A stretch of DNA of 64,000 nucleotides, from positions 1 through 64,000 of the IMG/VR virus record IMGVR_UViG_3300034104_003795; one strand, 5' to 3'. Position 1 is the stretch's first letter. Each line of letters begins with the position of its first letter. Made by a program: the position numbers and the translations under genes. Below are positions 26,435 through 36,797 of this stretch, one piece after another. Below the pieces are notes generated by a model. That model was given only the letters and a program-made list of their open reading frames with translations. It ran no database searches and was not told the DNA's origin.

Positions 26435-27814
26435 CTAAATACCGATTTCTTTAAGACGGAGTAACTCCTGCTGAATATGTTTATTGAAAGGATTCCATTT
26501 AATATTTTCTAACATCCACTTACGATACCAAATTGGAATCTTACGAATTTCAGTATCTTTGTATTTTCCGAATGTCATCTTAACCACCGGTCCTTGTGCA
26601 GCTATATCGTGCGGCGATGGTTGATTTTGTTTATGTAAACCAATTTCATGAAGTGGAATACCTGTCAATAACTTCTGACCTTCTCCATATAATTTCCAAA
26701 GGGGTACTTCGTAATCAAAATATAAATCTTCTACCTTCCCGAACTTCGGTACACTTCCCACGAAATCAATTATAAGCCCATTCTGCTTCTCAGGATGGAT
26801 ACGTGTCACTCTACCAACAAATTGATACCACCAACTCAAAGAAGCCGTAGGTCTCCCCGTAATGATACAATCCAGTTGTGGATGGTCAAACCCTACTGAA
26901 AGGATTGTAACTTGTACGATGATTCTTAATACACCTCTTTTAAATTCATCTATTATCCTATCTCTATCGGCATCCGCCATACCACTATATATCGGTGCAC
27001 AACTTGGTAGACGGGTTGAAAGTTCTTTTGCTTCTTCAATTGAAGGAACTGCCACCAATATTGATTTTCTATCCGGTAATTGAGCTATTTTACGAATTAT
27101 CTTACCTGCAATATCCTGGTCTTTGTACGCCCTTCTAATACTTTCTTCGGTATATTCAGCATTTGTTGAATTATATACTAAATCACCGGTTTCAAAATCG
27201 TATGATTCATATTGTAGTGGTGACCAGAATCCTAAATCAACCATTTCCTTAATTTGAGCAACGTGGATGATTTCTTTGAAGAAATTACCCTTTTTACTCT
27301 TTGAAGTAAGCATTACTAACTTTGAAAATGGTTTTCCGAACTCATCCATATTAGTTTGTAACTTTAAAGGGGTTGCTGTTAATCCTAATATGTGTGTTAT
27401 TTTAGATGCAGTTAAAAATCTCCTTAACATACCATCTGGTTCTCTAGGAAAACGGTCACATTCATCAATAATCACCTTTTTTATCCCTAATTCGTGGAAT
27501 TTCCAAGCAATATTAACAATTGAACCGATTGTAGCATAAGTTACATCACCAATCTCCTTTTCATTCATAGATGCGGAGTAAATTGATGCTTTTCCACCTA
27601 AATTGATGAATTTATTGTAATTTTGTTCTAATAACTCTTTTGAAGGCTGAATAACTAGGATTTTTTCACCCAATTGGTGAGCAATTTCAGCAATAACGAT
27701 ACTTTTACCAAAAGCGGTAGGGGCAACAATGATTGAAGGGTGCGGCTTCTTACTTTTAAAGAATTCCACACCCTTTTTTACAGGTTCTATCTGATTCGGT
27801 CTTAATTCCATCAA
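26435..27814 (-). CDS. SF2 DExD/H helicase (RadD/YejH-like)
   Basis: APTAFGKS, IIDECD, LTATP, ILSVGFDHP, RPTASLSWWYQFVGRVTR. Confidence 0.9.
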   Translation of the reverse strand: MMELRPNQIEPVKKGVEFFKSKKPHPSIIVAPTAFGKSIVIAEIAHQLGEKILVIQPSKELLEQNYNKFINLGGKASIYSASMNEKEIGDVTYATIGSIVNIAWKFHELGIKKVIIDECDRFPREPDGMLRRFLTASKITHILGLTATPLKLQTNMDEFGKPFSKLVMLTSKSKKGNFFKEIIHVAQIKEMVDLGFWSPLQYESYDFETGDLVYNSTNAEYTEESIRRAYKDQDIAGKIIRKIAQLPDRKSILVAVPSIEEAKELSTRLPSCAPIYSGMADADRDRIIDEFKRGVLRIIVQVTILSVGFDHPQLDCIITGRPTASLSWWYQFVGRVTRIHPEKQNGLIIDFVGSVPKFGKVEDLYFDYEVPLWKLYGEGQKLLTGIPLHEIGLHKQNQPSPHDIAAQGPVVKMTFGKYKDTEIRKIPIWYRKWMLENIKWNPFNKHIQQELLRLKEIGI

Positions 27815-27815
27815 A

Positions 27816-28337
27816 TTATTTTAAATATTCCGGTCCATACACACCATATTGGGCAGTTCCATCTATAATATTACCTCTAGCGTGCTTTGCTGGAGCTTTC
27901 CAAGTGGCTGCTTTCAATAAATCACCTTTTTTTATCGGTGAACCTTTCAAATCACCATCAACTCTACTAATAAATCCCCAACAAGATGTACCTTGCCAAA
28001 TTCTAATGAATTTATTACCAACTTCAATCACTACCGGTTTGTATTGATTGGGCATACTACATTTTTCGTAATATTCTTTACGTTCTTTATCCAATTTTTC
28101 AATAAAATTAGCTACAATAGGGTTACTTTTCAAATAATCCAATGCTTTTTGATTCGGTGTTCTCATATTTCTTAATTTTTATTTACAATTTTTAAAATCA
28201 AAGGTGAATTTCTTACGAGCCCACTCTTTTTTCTCTTTTTTCTTCTTGTCAACTACTGTTTTTTCACGAAAACGTCCATCGTAAGCTCCCGCTTGTATCA
28301 TATCGGCTCGTTTTAACGTTAATTCATAATTTTTCAT
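27816..28337 (-). CDS. two CDSs (27816-28166 conserved-looking phage protein; 28179-28337 basic 52-aa peptide not in track)
   Basis: KGDLLKAATWKAPAKHARGNI; MKNYELNVKRADMIQAGAYDGRF.. Confidence 0.55.
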
Positions 28338-28358
28338 AATCATAATCTTTTTACTATG

Positions 28359-28552
28359 TAAAAATACGAAAAAATTTCCAATTTTCCAAATTTTTTTTCA
28401 TAAAAATACCCTCATAAGTCATTGAAAATCAACAAATTATGAACTTTTTTGAGTTTTTTATAAATATTTGATTATCAACCACTTATAAGTCATTGACCTT
28501 CAATAATTTATCTCAAAATATTTGGTTTGGTGGAAATTTTTTCGTATATTTG
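28359..28552. promoter_or_regulatory. divergent host-type promoters flanking three 25-bp dyads
   Basis: Minus promoter 28359-28390, plus promoter 28526-28552 (TTTGG..TATATTTG); dyads at 28415, 28461, 28486. Confidence 0.75.
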
Positions 28553-28569
28553 TTAAACTTTTACAAAAA

Positions 28570-28677
28570 ATGAATATAGTTATAAGAGTAAAAAATGTTT
28601 CAAAGCCTATGAATGTAGAATATACATATACAAATTTATATATAACGAATTTGACTGTAAAAAGTCATAAACTCTAA
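28570..28677 (+). CDS. 35-aa leader ORF
   Basis: MNIVIRVKNVSKPMNVEYTYTNLYITNLTVKSHKL, directly after the promoter. Confidence 0.35.
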   Translation: MNIVIRVKNVSKPMNVEYTYTNLYITNLTVKSHKL

Positions 28678-28712
28678 AAGGGTATGGGGAGTAATCTCTA
28701 TACCTTTTTTAT
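28678..28712 (+). terminator. terminator-like hairpin in the TBDR leader
   Basis: AGGGTATGGGGA-GTAA-TCTCTATACCT followed by a T-tract. Confidence 0.6.
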
Positions 28713-28748
28713 TTTTAATGGTTACAATTTAAACAAAAAACAAAACAC

Positions 28749-31700
28749 ATGAAAAAAATCGGAAAATTTCTCCTTATGGTAGTGATAACACTATTATCAT
28801 TTGGAGCAAGTGCGCAAGAAACTACCTCTGAAATTCAGGGTTTGGTTTCTGATGGAAAAGCCGGATTAGCAGGTGTAACAATTGTAGCTACTCACCAGCC
28901 AACGGGTACGAAGTATAGTACTTCTTCTCGTACTGATGGTAGATACAACTTGCCAAACTTGAAAATCGGTGGACCGTATTCAATTCACGTAACATCAATT
29001 GGTTTCAAAGCAGAACATCAAGACGATATTACATTGTTATTGGGTCAGTCACACAAGGCAAACTTTATTTTGAAAGAAGCATCAACAACTTTGAAAGAAG
29101 TAGTTGTAACTTCAGGACAAAGTAAGGTATTTAACTCTAGCCGTAATGGTTCTCAAGAGATTATCAACAGACAATTGATTGAGAGAATACCAAACGTTAA
29201 TAGAAGCTGGAAAGATTTAGTTAAATTAGTACCTTCACAAAACAACTTATCATTTGGTGGTTTATCTTCTCAATTGAATAACGTTACTTTGGATGGTGCT
29301 AACTTCAATAACTCTTTCGGTTTAGGTGATGGTACATTGGGTGGTCAAACTGGAGCACAACCAATCTCATTGGATGCGATTGAGCAAATCCAAGTTAACG
29401 TTTCACCGTTTGATGTTAAGTTCGGTGGTTTCGCAGGTGGTTCAATCAACACCGTAACTCGTAGTGGTAAGAACCAATCATTCGGTTCGGTTTACCAATT
29501 CTTTAAGAATAAAGATTTACAGGGTTACAAAGTTGGTGATGTAACTTTACCAAAGCAAGATTTCACTTATGATTTAAAAGGATTCACCGCAGGTGGAGCA
29601 ATTGTTAAAAACAAATTGTTCTTCTTTGTAAATGGTGAACAAGAAAGTAGAATGGAACCTGGTACACAATGGGTAGCATCTGATGCCAACAATACACCAA
29701 ATGGTATCAACGTATCTCAAGCTAAAGCAGCTGATTTGGATGCATTGAGAAAGTTCTTAATTGAAAAATATAATTACGATCCAGGTGCATATCAAGGATA
29801 CCAATATGGTTCAGTATCAAAAAGATTGACTACTAAATTAGATTGGAATATTAATAGTAAAAATTCATTCTCATTGAAATATACACTATTACGTTCATCA
29901 GCAGATATTCCAGCATCTAACTCACAATCGGTAAATGCATCAAATGGTAGAAGACCAAGTACAACTTCAATGCCGTTTTATGGTGGTGGTTATACGATTA
30001 ATAACAATGCGGATATTATTATTGGTGAGTTAAACACTAGATTCTCAAATAACGCTTCCAACAAATTACAAATTGGATACACTAAATTGAGAGATTTTAG
30101 AGGAACATTGACTAGTGGTAATTTCCCACAAGTAGATATATTAGATGGTAACGGTCAACCTTTCACAACTTTTGGTTATGAAAGATTTACTTATGGTAAC
30201 GTTTTAAATTCAGATGTAATTCAATTGAATAACATTTTCAACTTATATAAAGGTAAGCATGAATTTACATTCGGTACACAAAATTCATTTAAGAAATATT
30301 CAAATGGATTCTCACCTAACTATGCCGGAGCATTCCGTTTTAATAGTTTAGCTGATTTCTACGCATCTGCAGAAGGTACAAAACCGGCAGCTGCGTATGA
30401 TTTATCGTGGTCATTAACCGGTGATTTTCCGTTGGTTGGTCCAAAGAATACTGAATTAAGTTTATTTGCTCAGGACAAATTTAGAGTAAAAGATAACTTA
30501 ACAATCACTTACGGTTTGAGAGCGGATTATGTATCTTTCGCTGATAATTTCCTTTACAATCCAGTAGTTGATACATTATCTAAATTCTATGATGGTGTAA
30601 GATTAAATACAGGTTTAGCACCTAAAAATGCTTTACAACTTTCGCCTAGAATTGGTTTCAACTGGGATGTGAATAATGACCAAACATTGCAAGTTCGCGG
30701 TGGTACTGGTTTATTTCAAGGACCTCCACCATTCGTTTGGATATCTAACCAAGCATCTAATAGTGGTATGGCATTATTCGGAAGTATTACAAACGCAACC
30801 GGATATATGTTTAATCCAGATATTAATGCATATAGACCAACTCCAACACCTGGTTTATCTAGAGCATATTCTCTTAACGTAACTGACCCTAACTACAAAT
30901 TCCCTCAAGTATGGAAATCAACGTTAGCAGTAGATAAGAAAGTATTAGGATGGACCGTAACTGCGGAAGGAACTTATATTAAGAACATCAACGCTACTGT
31001 ATTCCAAAACGTTGCATTACCTTCAACAGGAAATATTACGTTAAGTGATGGTAGAACTCGTTTCATCAAACGTTCAGTTTACGATGCAACTGGAACTGCT
31101 CAAACATCAGCTAATCCAAACATTGGTAACGCAATTTATATGACTAATGCAAACGTTGGTTATGTATTATTCGGAACATTGCAGGTTCAAAGACAATTTA
31201 AGAATTTAGCGGTAAACGCTTCTTACACTCGTCAAACTGCAAAAGATGGTACAATCAATGGTTCTACTGCATTTACAATGTGGGGAGCTAGACCAACATC
31301 TACAAACCCTAATAACTTTGAAGAAGGTTTTTCAAACAACTACCTACCTCATAGAATCATAGGTTCATTTGTTTATGGTAAAGAGTTTATTAAGAATACA
31401 AGAACTTCAATTGGTTTATTATATGAAGCTTCTCCAAATTCTCCACAATCTTCTCTATCTTACACATACGCGGGTGATTTGAATAATGATGGTTTCAATG
31501 GTAATGATTTAATCTTCGTTCCTAAAGATGCATCTCAAATCAAATTAACTAACGCATCTGCAGTAGGTGGTGTAGCTGATACTCGTACACAAGAAGAATT
31601 ATGGAATCAATTAGATGCTTTCATTTCAAATAACAAATACCTTTCAACTCGTAGAGGCCAGTTTGCTGAAAGACAAGCATTAGTATTACCTTGGGTTCAT

Positions 31701-32009
31701 AGATTAGATTTGAATTTCACACAAGATGTTTATATCAAAGTTAAAGATACAAAACATACTTTAAGATTCACAGCCGATATCTATAACTTCACAAACTTCA
31801 TCAGCAAAGATTGGGGTGTAAACCAAACTCCAACAACTGTAACTCCACTTAACTTCGTAAGATTGGATACTGATGGAAAAACTCCGGTATTCTCATTCCC
31901 TTATTTAGATGGAAGAAACAAAGTTCCGTTTACTGATTCATTCAGAGATAACGTAGGATTTAGTTCTCGCTACCAAATTCAATTGGGTGTAAGATATATC
32001 TTTAACTAA
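28749..32009 (+). CDS. TonB-dependent receptor with N-terminal carboxypeptidase-regulatory-like domain (Oar-like)
   Basis: Signal peptide; GRYNLPNLKIGGPYSI; LDGANFNNSFGL; ISLDAIEQIQVNVSPFDV..GGSINTVTRSG; C-terminal IQLGVRYIFN. Confidence 0.92.
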   Translation: MKKIGKFLLMVVITLLSFGASAQETTSEIQGLVSDGKAGLAGVTIVATHQPTGTKYSTSSRTDGRYNLPNLKIGGPYSIHVTSIGFKAEHQDDITLLLGQSHKANFILKEASTTLKEVVVTSGQSKVFNSSRNGSQEIINRQLIERIPNVNRSWKDLVKLVPSQNNLSFGGLSSQLNNVTLDGANFNNSFGLGDGTLGGQTGAQPISLDAIEQIQVNVSPFDVKFGGFAGGSINTVTRSGKNQSFGSVYQFFKNKDLQGYKVGDVTLPKQDFTYDLKGFTAGGAIVKNKLFFFVNGEQESRMEPGTQWVASDANNTPNGINVSQAKAADLDALRKFLIEKYNYDPGAYQGYQYGSVSKRLTTKLDWNINSKNSFSLKYTLLRSSADIPASNSQSVNASNGRRPSTTSMPFYGGGYTINNNADIIIGELNTRFSNNASNKLQIGYTKLRDFRGTLTSGNFPQVDILDGNGQPFTTFGYERFTYGNVLNSDVIQLNNIFNLYKGKHEFTFGTQNSFKKYSNGFSPNYAGAFRFNSLADFYASAEGTKPAAAYDLSWSLTGDFPLVGPKNTELSLFAQDKFRVKDNLTITYGLRADYVSFADNFLYNPVVDTLSKFYDGVRLNTGLAPKNALQLSPRIGFNWDVNNDQTLQVRGGTGLFQGPPPFVWISNQASNSGMALFGSITNATGYMFNPDINAYRPTPTPGLSRAYSLNVTDPNYKFPQVWKSTLAVDKKVLGWTVTAEGTYIKNINATVFQNVALPSTGNITLSDGRTRFIKRSVYDATGTAQTSANPNIGNAIYMTNANVGYVLFGTLQVQRQFKNLAVNASYTRQTAKDGTINGSTAFTMWGARPTSTNPNNFEEGFSNNYLPHRIIGSFVYGKEFIKNTRTSIGLLYEASPNSPQSSLSYTYAGDLNNDGFNGNDLIFVPKDASQIKLTNASAVGGVADTRTQEELWNQLDAFISNNKYLSTRRGQFAERQALVLPWVHRLDLNFTQDVYIKVKDTKHTLRFTADIYNFTNFISKDWGVNQTPTTVTPLNFVRLDTDGKTPVFSFPYLDGRNKVPFTDSFRDNVGFSSRYQIQLGVRYIFN

Positions 32010-32017
32010 TAATAAAT

Positions 32018-32045
32018 GGGGAGAAGAAATTCTCCCCTTTATTTT
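32018..32045 (+). terminator. intrinsic terminator after TBDR
   Basis: GGGGAGAA-GAAA-TTCTCCCC-TTT. Confidence 0.85.
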
Positions 32046-32077
32046 GTCCTTTAAATAAATTTTCGTATATTTGTACA

Positions 32078-32617
32078 ATGAGTAAAATTATTAATCTATT
32101 CGGTGGACCTTCAATTGGTAAATCCACACAAGCGGCCGGTTTGTATTATGAAATGAAAAAGGCAGGATACAATGTTGAGATGCCTTATGAGTTTCCAAAG
32201 TTACAAGCTTGGGAAAGAAATGTATATGCAGTTAAAGACCAATTTTATATTACCGCTAATCAACATCGTAACATTTCTCGTCTTTATGGACAGGTAGATT
32301 ATATTATTGTTGATTCTCCAATTCTATTTGGATTAATTTATAAAAATCACTATAACGAAGAACCGGAATATCCTTCTATGTTTTATGGATATAAGTTTGA
32401 CGAGTTTATTGTTGACTTGCATGGACATTACGATTCTCTTAATATAGTGTTAGATAGAGACCCTACAATGTACCAAGAAGATGGAAGATTTCAAAATTTA
32501 GAAGAAAGTATAGAAATTGATAAAGAGATTGTTGGTATGCTTGAAAAATACAATGTAGAGTATTTTAAAGTACCAATCAATAATGATACAGCCAATATCA
32601 TTATATCACTATTATAG
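32078..32617 (+). CDS. P-loop NTPase/kinase (NadR/Ttd14-like AAA)
   Basis: INLFGGPSIGKS; IIVDSPIL; own promoter at 32043-32073. Confidence 0.75.
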   Translation: MSKIINLFGGPSIGKSTQAAGLYYEMKKAGYNVEMPYEFPKLQAWERNVYAVKDQFYITANQHRNISRLYGQVDYIIVDSPILFGLIYKNHYNEEPEYPSMFYGYKFDEFIVDLHGHYDSLNIVLDRDPTMYQEDGRFQNLEESIEIDKEIVGMLEKYNVEYFKVPINNDTANIIISLL

Positions 32618-32768
32618 TATAATACATTTTATTAACTATCACAATTAAAGTTGTTTATCACAATGTGGATAGCTAGTATTACCATACCTTTTTATACGAT
32701 ATTTATTAAAACAAATTAGCGCTTGTTTTATTATTATGTTATTTTGATTAACTTAAACAAATAGAAAC

Positions 32769-32882
32769 ATGCAAACAATTGTAGATTTCGTATTCAATTT
32801 TCACTTCCTTGTAGGTGGATTAGTTGGATACTTCGCTGTTCCTTTCTTAGTAAAATTCGCTAAAGGATTCCTAAAGAAGTAA
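32769..32882 (+). CDS. 37-aa single-TM peptide (not in track)
   Basis: MQTIVDFVFNFHFLVGGLVGYFAVPFLVKFAKGFLKK; terminator at 32922-32957. Confidence 0.55.
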   Translation: MQTIVDFVFNFHFLVGGLVGYFAVPFLVKFAKGFLKK

Positions 32883-33076
32883 TAGTAAATTAAAAACAAA
32901 GTTGATATTAGCTAATCAAACAAACCCTCATAGAAATATGGGGGTTTTTTATTTTTTCATTATATATATTATTGAAACCTTGTGGTTAATCCTTTAGTGT
33001 TCTCCGAAACATTTGAGTTGAAAATAAAACCCTCAACGAATAAAGGCTTAAATAAACAAACAAAAACAAGAAAATT

Positions 33077-33865
33077 ATGTACAACATTACAAACACGTGG
33101 TCTGCTACAAAAAGACCAGAAGCCTTCATTACGAAAGGTAAAAAAAGAATCAAACAATTTGATGGACAAGTATATCTCTCCGATGGAGATGAATACGAAA
33201 TCGAATTATTCAATCCTACACAAGAAGTAGTATTAGCAAAAATTAAAATTGATGGAGATTATATTGCCGGTGGTGGTATAGTTCTTCGTAGGGGTGAAAG
33301 AGTATTTTTAGAACGATTCTTGGATTCACCAGAGAAGTTTAAATACTCAACCTATGTAGTTAATGGAAATAATACAGAGGTTCAGGATGCGATTGCAAAT
33401 AACGGATATGTAGAGATTGAATTCTATTCAGAATACAAACCAACTTGGAATAGTGGATTCCTAACAACAGGTACATTCAACCCCCAAACCATTAATGGAA
33501 ATCCAATAACATATACTACAACGGGTAATAGTGGAAATTTCACTTTAACATCAGGCAATACAACTAGTACATTCTATAATGCTAGTTTAACTTCTAATAC
33601 ATTAGCCGGTCCAAATATTAGAAACCTATCCAATAAGATAGAAACCGGTACAACTGAAAAGGGTAGTAGTTCAGACCAAACATTTCAACATACAAACAAA
33701 ACATTCAATTCGTTTTCGTTTTGGAATGTAGCTTGGCAAATTCTACCAACATCGCAAAAACAATATACGGCAGAAGAAGTAGGTGTAAACTATTGTGGAA
33801 ATTGTGGAGCTAAAAGAAAGAAATCATCTTTTAAATTCTGCCCGCACTGCGGAAATAAATTCTAA
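33077..33865 (+). CDS. hypothetical protein with Thr/Asn/Gly-rich linker and C-terminal Zn ribbon
   Basis: YCGNCG..FKFCPHCG. Confidence 0.7.
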   Translation: MYNITNTWSATKRPEAFITKGKKRIKQFDGQVYLSDGDEYEIELFNPTQEVVLAKIKIDGDYIAGGGIVLRRGERVFLERFLDSPEKFKYSTYVVNGNNTEVQDAIANNGYVEIEFYSEYKPTWNSGFLTTGTFNPQTINGNPITYTTTGNSGNFTLTSGNTTSTFYNASLTSNTLAGPNIRNLSNKIETGTTEKGSSSDQTFQHTNKTFNSFSFWNVAWQILPTSQKQYTAEEVGVNYCGNCGAKRKKSSFKFCPHCGNKF

Positions 33866-33892
33866 TAAGTTATAATAAATCACAAGGTATTC

Positions 33893-33930
33893 AAAGAAAA
33901 AGGGAAGTGTAATTACTTCCCTTTCTTTTT
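33893..33930. terminator. bidirectional terminator between convergent genes
   Basis: AAAGAAAAAGGGAAGT-GTAATT-ACTTCCCTTTCTTTTT. Confidence 0.85.
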
Positions 33931-33942
33931 TATAATAATTTA

Positions 33943-34521
33943 TTAAAATGGTTCACCGGTTGTTAAATCTCCACCCGTTATTTTTGGTTTAGAAGTCCAC
34001 CAGTCTTTGGGTAAAGTATTTAAAATAAATACTTGAGCCCTTGCGGTAAAATCCGGACGCATTATCGTAAATAATAATAGTTTTGCAAAAAACTGCTCAT
34101 CTTCTTTTGTAAGCTTATGTTTTGTTTTTAGTTTCTTATATGAAGATGTTTTTAATAGTTTTTCTACAACTCTTTTTGCAGTTGAATTCGGCTTGAAATC
34201 AGGAGCATTAATAGTTTTCCAAATTCTCCAAGTACCATGTAAATCAGATTTATCAGATGTTTTAACTTTTCTAAAGTCATCGGCTGTTTTTTCAAAGTCA
34301 CCTTCATCGGAAAGAATCTTTGCAAAATCTTTTACAAATGGTTTATCATCCCACATATCATTTATTGCCTGAATAACGTTATCATTTGGAAGTGGTTTAT
34401 CTTTTATTCCCGGTGTACCTTTATCCCAGTTTTTATTAATAAACTTTAATCCATACGATGCAAGATACAAAGCGGCTAATGTAAGTAAACCAGCACCTAA
34501 ATCTTCTTTTAAAATTTTCAT
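33943..34521 (-). CDS. hypothetical protein, MKILKE N-terminus
   Basis: Preceded by ATATTTATA at 34525-34533. Confidence 0.55.
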   Translation of the reverse strand: MKILKEDLGAGLLTLAALYLASYGLKFINKNWDKGTPGIKDKPLPNDNVIQAINDMWDDKPFVKDFAKILSDEGDFEKTADDFRKVKTSDKSDLHGTWRIWKTINAPDFKPNSTAKRVVEKLLKTSSYKKLKTKHKLTKEDEQFFAKLLLFTIMRPDFTARAQVFILNTLPKDWWTSKPKITGGDLTTGEPF

Positions 34522-34545
34522 ACATATAAATATAATGGAAACTAA

Positions 34546-34872
34546 TTATCCACTATACGCAGTAATGTGCTTTATCTTACCATCGTTAGTCCAATCAATT
34601 ACATCCACTATTTTAAGTGTAGAACCACCAATTTCCAATTGTATGTGACCGTATGTACGATTACCACTAATACGAACCTCATCAATCTTTAGATGAAATT
34701 CATTGTTAAAAAGGTTCTCATTCATTTCAAGTACAGCTAATCTACCCTTCCATTGTCCATTCCAATCAGTTAGGGTAATATCTTCACTATACAATTCTTC
34801 TAACCCTTTTGGGTTTTTACTCAAAAACAAGTTAAAGTACTTGTGTGTTAATTCAATTAAATTTAATTCCAT
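34546..34872 (-). CDS. SnoaL/NTF2-like protein
   Basis: LEELYSEDITLTDWNGQWKGRLAV..IVDVIDWTNDGKIKHITAY. Confidence 0.75.
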   Translation of the reverse strand: MELNLIELTHKYFNLFLSKNPKGLEELYSEDITLTDWNGQWKGRLAVLEMNENLFNNEFHLKIDEVRISGNRTYGHIQLEIGGSTLKIVDVIDWTNDGKIKHITAYSG

Positions 34873-34885
34873 AATATTTTATTTT

Positions 34886-36760
34886 TTAAACTACATCTTT
34901 TTGTTTACGGTTGATATCTCTATCGGATAACTCTATGTTTGATACGGCACTAGAACCACCTTTTGCTCTTGCTTTATTATGTGCTCTATCTGTTTCTTCT
35001 GTAGACCCTAGCAGATTTACTAACTCGTCAAAATCGGATGAAACCAATTTAGAAACGGTTGGTAGTTCGGAGCATGATATAAATCCAATTTCGCAAAAAG
35101 GATGTTTAGATGTTTTCATATCAATCATAGTAGTTTGAAATGCATGTTCAATGTGTTTGTTAAATACATTAATAACACACGAGTGGTCATGTCCCCAAGT
35201 TAATAAATCACCAATAAAGTGTCTACCAAAAGACTTTTCAATATCTTTTGTTTCGTTTTTTTCACATTTCTTTTCAATATCTACCCAATCATTTTGGTAT
35301 TCTTTAGCCAAGTCTTTTGCAGAAAGAGGATGTGGTTTTGTTGTAAAATCAAAAGCTTTCTTACTTTTCCAAAATTCAATCTGGTCCTTACCATCTTCGG
35401 TTTGCCAATAATTAGTATTTTGTGGATGTGTTATTTTAGATTCTATAAAACATACCATAAGAATACTATGAATAAATTCATACATATTTGAATCTTTTAT
35501 ATCCAATTTCCACTTATCTCTTCCGTGAGAATATACATAATTGTTTCTATAATAATTCAAAGCAAACATACAATATATGAAAAAGGAAGCCTTCTCATAA
35601 GTTTTTTTGAATACTTTAGCGTTGGGTTGGGCATCAATATCTGATATAGCAGCCATAACTTTTACCATATCCGTAAGAAGTTTATCACCCCATTCTATTA
35701 TAAAAGGCGAATCATCTTTAAATAAGATTTTACAAATGTCTGATTTTGTTTTTACCTCAAATCTATTAATGGATTGTGGTTGAGCATAAATTGTAGCCAT
35801 TAGTACTCCTATAAAGTATTGCCAACCACCATCATTTCTCTTAAAAGTACCTTTAGAGATTGATAATGGACTTGTTTTAGTATAGAATAATTTCTCGTAT
35901 TTATTTAAATCATTTGTTCTCTCTGGCATCAAATTATCTCTAAACCAAGTAGAATATGCGGAAAATGATTGAATTGCTTCGAATGCAAAGTCATCCCATC
36001 CAGCCGATTGGTTACTTCGTTTAACGTATGTCATTATACTACTAAAATCATTTGAATCAACAATTTCAATTATACATAATTGACAAGATTCCAAATAACT
36101 TTGAAATATATTTTTTCTTTCATCGTAACTCAAATCTTTTGCAAAATCATATAATAACCACTCACCTGCGGAACAAAGTTTTGTTTTTAATTCATGCAAA
36201 CTCGTAACGGTTTCATTATAAACTTCACCATTAATTTCCGCCTTTAAATTAGAGTATTCAACTTGAGTTGTTTTTTTCTTATTTTTAGGTTCAAGATTTC
36301 CCAAATAATCTTGTTTTATAGAATCAAATCTATGTTGTCCATTGATTATGAAATACTGACCAGTTTTTTCAGTAAAGTAATTCAGATAAATTGTTAAACT
36401 AGCAATTACACTTTCGTATCTTTCAATCAAAACATTATTTTGCTTTGATTTTTTTGATTGTTCGTACTTTATATCTTCTCGTTTTTCATCAATCTGTCTT
36501 TTGATTATATTAACAACGGTTTCTGCTTTTATAATATAATACCCTGCGGAAGTACCATACCCAGTTGTTACTGATGCGCACATTCCCTTTTGTGTATCAA
36601 AATTCAACTCTCTCATTAAGCGATTTAGAGTTGGGTCATTGATGATTACATCAATATTATCAATTAATGATTTTAGAGAAGTTCCAAATATTCTAGTGAG
36701 AATATCTTTAGATGCTGTTATTTTTATAGCATCGTTTTCAAATAAAGGAGAATATATCAT
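34886..36760 (-). CDS. ParB/Srx-fold (xGQHR) plus C-terminal HNH protein, GmrSD/DndB-like architecture
   Basis: YFIINGQHRF; DRAHNKARAKGGSSAVSNIELSDRDINRKQK. Confidence 0.6.
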   Translation of the reverse strand: MIYSPLFENDAIKITASKDILTRIFGTSLKSLIDNIDVIINDPTLNRLMRELNFDTQKGMCASVTTGYGTSAGYYIIKAETVVNIIKRQIDEKREDIKYEQSKKSKQNNVLIERYESVIASLTIYLNYFTEKTGQYFIINGQHRFDSIKQDYLGNLEPKNKKKTTQVEYSNLKAEINGEVYNETVTSLHELKTKLCSAGEWLLYDFAKDLSYDERKNIFQSYLESCQLCIIEIVDSNDFSSIMTYVKRSNQSAGWDDFAFEAIQSFSAYSTWFRDNLMPERTNDLNKYEKLFYTKTSPLSISKGTFKRNDGGWQYFIGVLMATIYAQPQSINRFEVKTKSDICKILFKDDSPFIIEWGDKLLTDMVKVMAAISDIDAQPNAKVFKKTYEKASFFIYCMFALNYYRNNYVYSHGRDKWKLDIKDSNMYEFIHSILMVCFIESKITHPQNTNYWQTEDGKDQIEFWKSKKAFDFTTKPHPLSAKDLAKEYQNDWVDIEKKCEKNETKDIEKSFGRHFIGDLLTWGHDHSCVINVFNKHIEHAFQTTMIDMKTSKHPFCEIGFISCSELPTVSKLVSSDFDELVNLLGSTEETDRAHNKARAKGGSSAVSNIELSDRDINRKQKDVV

Positions 36761-36797
36761 TTTTTATGTTTTATGGGTTTAAAATCTTTTAACTATA

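Noticed and set aside
28415-28510. Tandem 25-bp dyads as a CRISPR array
   Set aside because: Repeats are degenerate and abut with no unique spacers; no cas genes.
25683-32672. Isolated DnaA-box-like 9-mers at 25683 and 32664
   Set aside because: Single or mismatched copies without accompanying repeats are expected by chance in AT-rich DNA.
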